Below are positions 61,589-64,000 of a stretch of DNA of 64,000 nt, in pieces. Source of the stretch: Tubiluchus corallicola (Eukaryota; Animalia; Priapulida). How positions within the stretch are numbered: position 1 is the stretch's first letter; the number at the start of each line of letters is the position of its first letter. A model generated the notes under the pieces. It made no database searches. It worked only from the letters and a program-made list of their open reading frames with translations, and had not been told where the DNA came from. The position numbers and the translations under genes were made by a program. Location: contig JAQGDQ010001020.1 of the NCBI GenBank assembly GCA_030141605.1, forward strand, positions 5,880 to 69,879, given 5' to 3'.

Positions 61589-62449
61589 TCATTTGCATGT
61601 AATGATCTTTTTAAATGCCGTTCTGAATTTGCTATTCCACACTGCATAGATGAAAGGATTCGCAGCACTATTACAGTTACCCAATAGCACCACGTAGCGA
61701 ATGGTTTCGGCAGAAACGCAAGCTGCACAAGCCTTGTCAATTGTGGCAAATACCGAATACGGTGCCCAACAAATAAAAAACGTAGCCGTAACGATGATTA
61801 AAGTTTTTGTTGCTTTCATTTCCGTCACCTTTGTGCTACTCTGTTGGCTCTGATCACGAATTTGTAAAAGTTGTTTTCGTGCTACTTTCCATATTACTGC
61901 ATATAACACAAGCAGCACTAATGTAGGCATGTAAATTACTACCAAAGTAGCCAGTACGTTCAAATTGAACACATCAATCCATGCAACTGCAAACGAGAAA
62001 AACCACGTTACACACACAGCAGCAATTAATGTGCATTTTGTGACACAGACGTTGTACTTGTAAGGATAAACAATGGCTAGGTATCTCTCACCGGCTATTA
62101 GACATAGGTGTATTATGCTACAATTAACGATAGTGTAAGAAACAACTGAATTACTAATGTATAGTACAGAATTAGATTGGACAGAAGAAAAGGTTAGAAT
62201 AACTTTTATAGGAATCGACAGAAATCCATTCATTAAGTCTGTTACAGCCAATGATACAATGAGTGCATGCATTTTTGTTTGTAGTTGCTCATATCTATAA
62301 GCTACAGCCAAAACCAGTGAGTTACCAACAATTATTACAACAATCACCAACAGATGGAGCGTCACTGCAGTGACGACAAAACTGGAACTAAAACCGTGGT
62401 GTGAGTTGCTAGATCCATTCTTGATTGTAGAATCATTTTCAGCAAACAT
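61589..62449 (-). CDS. Single-exon class A GPCR, 286 aa (most divergent cluster member)
   Basis: GN, LAVTD, ERY, FFICWAP, NSAANPFIY; CAAC in ECL3. Confidence 0.93.
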   Translation of the reverse strand: MFAENDSTIKNGSSNSHHGFSSSFVVTAVTLHLLVIVVIIVGNSLVLAVAYRYEQLQTKMHALIVSLAVTDLMNGFLSIPIKVILTFSSVQSNSVLYISNSVVSYTIVNCSIIHLCLIAGERYLAIVYPYKYNVCVTKCTLIAAVCVTWFFSFAVAWIDVFNLNVLATLVVIYMPTLVLLVLYAVIWKVARKQLLQIRDQSQQSSTKVTEMKATKTLIIVTATFFICWAPYSVFATIDKACAACVSAETIRYVVLLGNCNSAANPFIYAVWNSKFRTAFKKIITCK

Positions 62450-62858
62450 TATTAACTAATCCATTAGTTAACTAATCAGTCGTAACTATTATAAGTTGTA
62501 ATTATTTTCTATTGAGTTTTCTCCAAGAGCCACAAGTTTCAGAGAAAGACGAGTGTGCAAGAAAATTGTCCAACTCTGTGGATTCGTAACTGCATTCACA
62601 TTTTCACATAAAAGTCACAGCCAAATTTTCGAATCAAAACACTTTTTATGACAAACTTCACAAAAGGCAAAGTTTTGTGCTACTGCTGCGAATTGTCGTA
62701 ACCCAATTGTCATGCTTTTTACGTTACACTTTGAAACTCGAACTAACAGCATTAACATTATCTGTTTTCTAGTACCTCGAATTCTAGTAACTGCATTCAC
62801 ATTTCACATGAAAGTCAAACAGAAAGTTCGCATTCGCAAAAACACTTTAACGACATAT

Positions 62859-63789
62859 TGCACAAAAGTCAAAATGCCAAACTGCTGCTGCAGAACAGTC
62901 ATAAACCAACTGCCACGTTTTGCACAAAAGTCAAAATGCTAAACTGCTGCTGCAGAACAGTCATAAACAAACTGCCACGTTTTGCACAAAAGTCAAAATG
63001 CTAAACTGCTGCTGCAGAACAGTCATAAACAAACTGCCACGTTTTGCACAAAAGTCAAAATGCTAAACTACTGCTGCAGAACAGTCATAAACCAACTGCC
63101 ACGTTTTGCACAAAAGTCAAAATGCTAAACTGCTGCTGCAGAACAGTCATAAACAAACTGCCACGTTTTGCACAAAAGTCAAAATGCTAAACTACTGCTG
63201 CAGAACAGTCATAAACAAACTGCCACGTATTGCACAAAAGTCAAAATGCTAAACTACTGCTGCAGAACAGTCATAAACAAACTACCACGTTTTGCACAAA
63301 AGTCAAAATGCTAAACTGCTGCTGCAGAACAGTCATAAACAAACTGCCACGTATTGCACAAAAGTCAAAATGCTAAACTACTGCTGCAGAACAGTCATAA
63401 ACAAACTGCCACGTATTGCACAAAAGTCAAAATGCTAAACTACTGCTGCAGAACAGTCATAAACAAACTGCCACGTTTTGCACAAAAGTCAAAATGCTAA
63501 ACTACTGCTGCAGAACAGTCATAAACAAACTGCCACGTTTTGCACAAAAGTCAAAATGCTAAACTACTGCTGCAGAACAGTCATAAACAAACTGCCACGT
63601 TGTGCACAAAAGTCAAAATGCTAAACTACTGCTGCAGAACAGTCATAAACCAACTGCCACGTATTGCACAAAAGTCAAAATGCTAAACTACTGCTGCAGA
63701 ACAGTCATAAACCAACTGCCACGTATTGCACAAAAGTCAAAATGCTAAACTACTGCTGCAGAACAGTCATAAACCAACTGCCACGTTTT
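62859..63789. repeat. 62-bp tandem array, about 15 copies, inside an older repeat of about 200 bp
   Basis: Unit tgcacaaaagtcaaaatgctaaactactgctgcagaacagtcataaacaaactgccacgt(a/t)t; a single diverged version of the unit lies at about 62657-62715. Confidence 0.95.
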
Positions 63790-64000
63790 TTGCCTCCCAT
63801 TTTGAAGCTCTCACTTTCTTTGCAGCTCGAAATAACAGTATTAATATTATCAACAGTTTTTTGCATAGGGCAAGACGTTTTTCTTCATTCGGCAGGTGTG
63901 GTTCGTCCATTAACATTATAGAGTGTGCACAGGCGGACGACCAACATTGAGGGGACACGATTCAAAGCTTTTAGCCCTATATATCATTCCTTTGTTTATT

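Noticed and set aside
33304-62449. Naming the GPCRs as TAAR, histamine H2, octopamine or adrenergic receptors
   Set aside because: Overall motif similarity exists, but Asp3.32 and the conserved disulfide are missing; orthology cannot be claimed without a tree.
14129-63789. Regular repeat arrays as CRISPR arrays
   Set aside because: Units are contiguous with no unique spacers, there are no cas genes, and the context is eukaryotic.

Overview
AT-rich animal (invertebrate-like) nuclear DNA; no prokaryotic operons and no CRISPR. (1) 1-4.9 kb: decayed Polinton/adintovirus-like remnant with a C2H2 zinc-finger pseudogene (-) and a divergently oriented protein-primed DNA polymerase B pseudogene (+). 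The polB 5' end appears to be built from small spliced exons. (2) 6-27.5 kb: an old inverted duplication carrying two pentraxin/LamG-like pseudogene copies, riddled with LINE, hAT, Sola-like and solo-LTR insertions. The same two exons were independently amplified into tandem arrays in both copies. (3) 33-62.5 kb: a tandem cluster of single-exon class A GPCRs on the minus strand (6 intact ORFs, 1 nonsense pseudogene, 2 orphan 5' stubs). They lack the TM3-ECL2 disulfide and Asp3.32, have almost no ECL2, carry a CxxC in ECL3, and show N-terminal segment swapping. About 14 unrelated tandem arrays (30-97 bp units) occur across the window, and most visibly derive from the sequence they sit in. A 5S rRNA-derived copy (possible SINE3) and nested non-autonomous Helitrons are also present. 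All family assignments come from motif recognition by eye; no database search was run. Repeat and TE boundaries are approximate.
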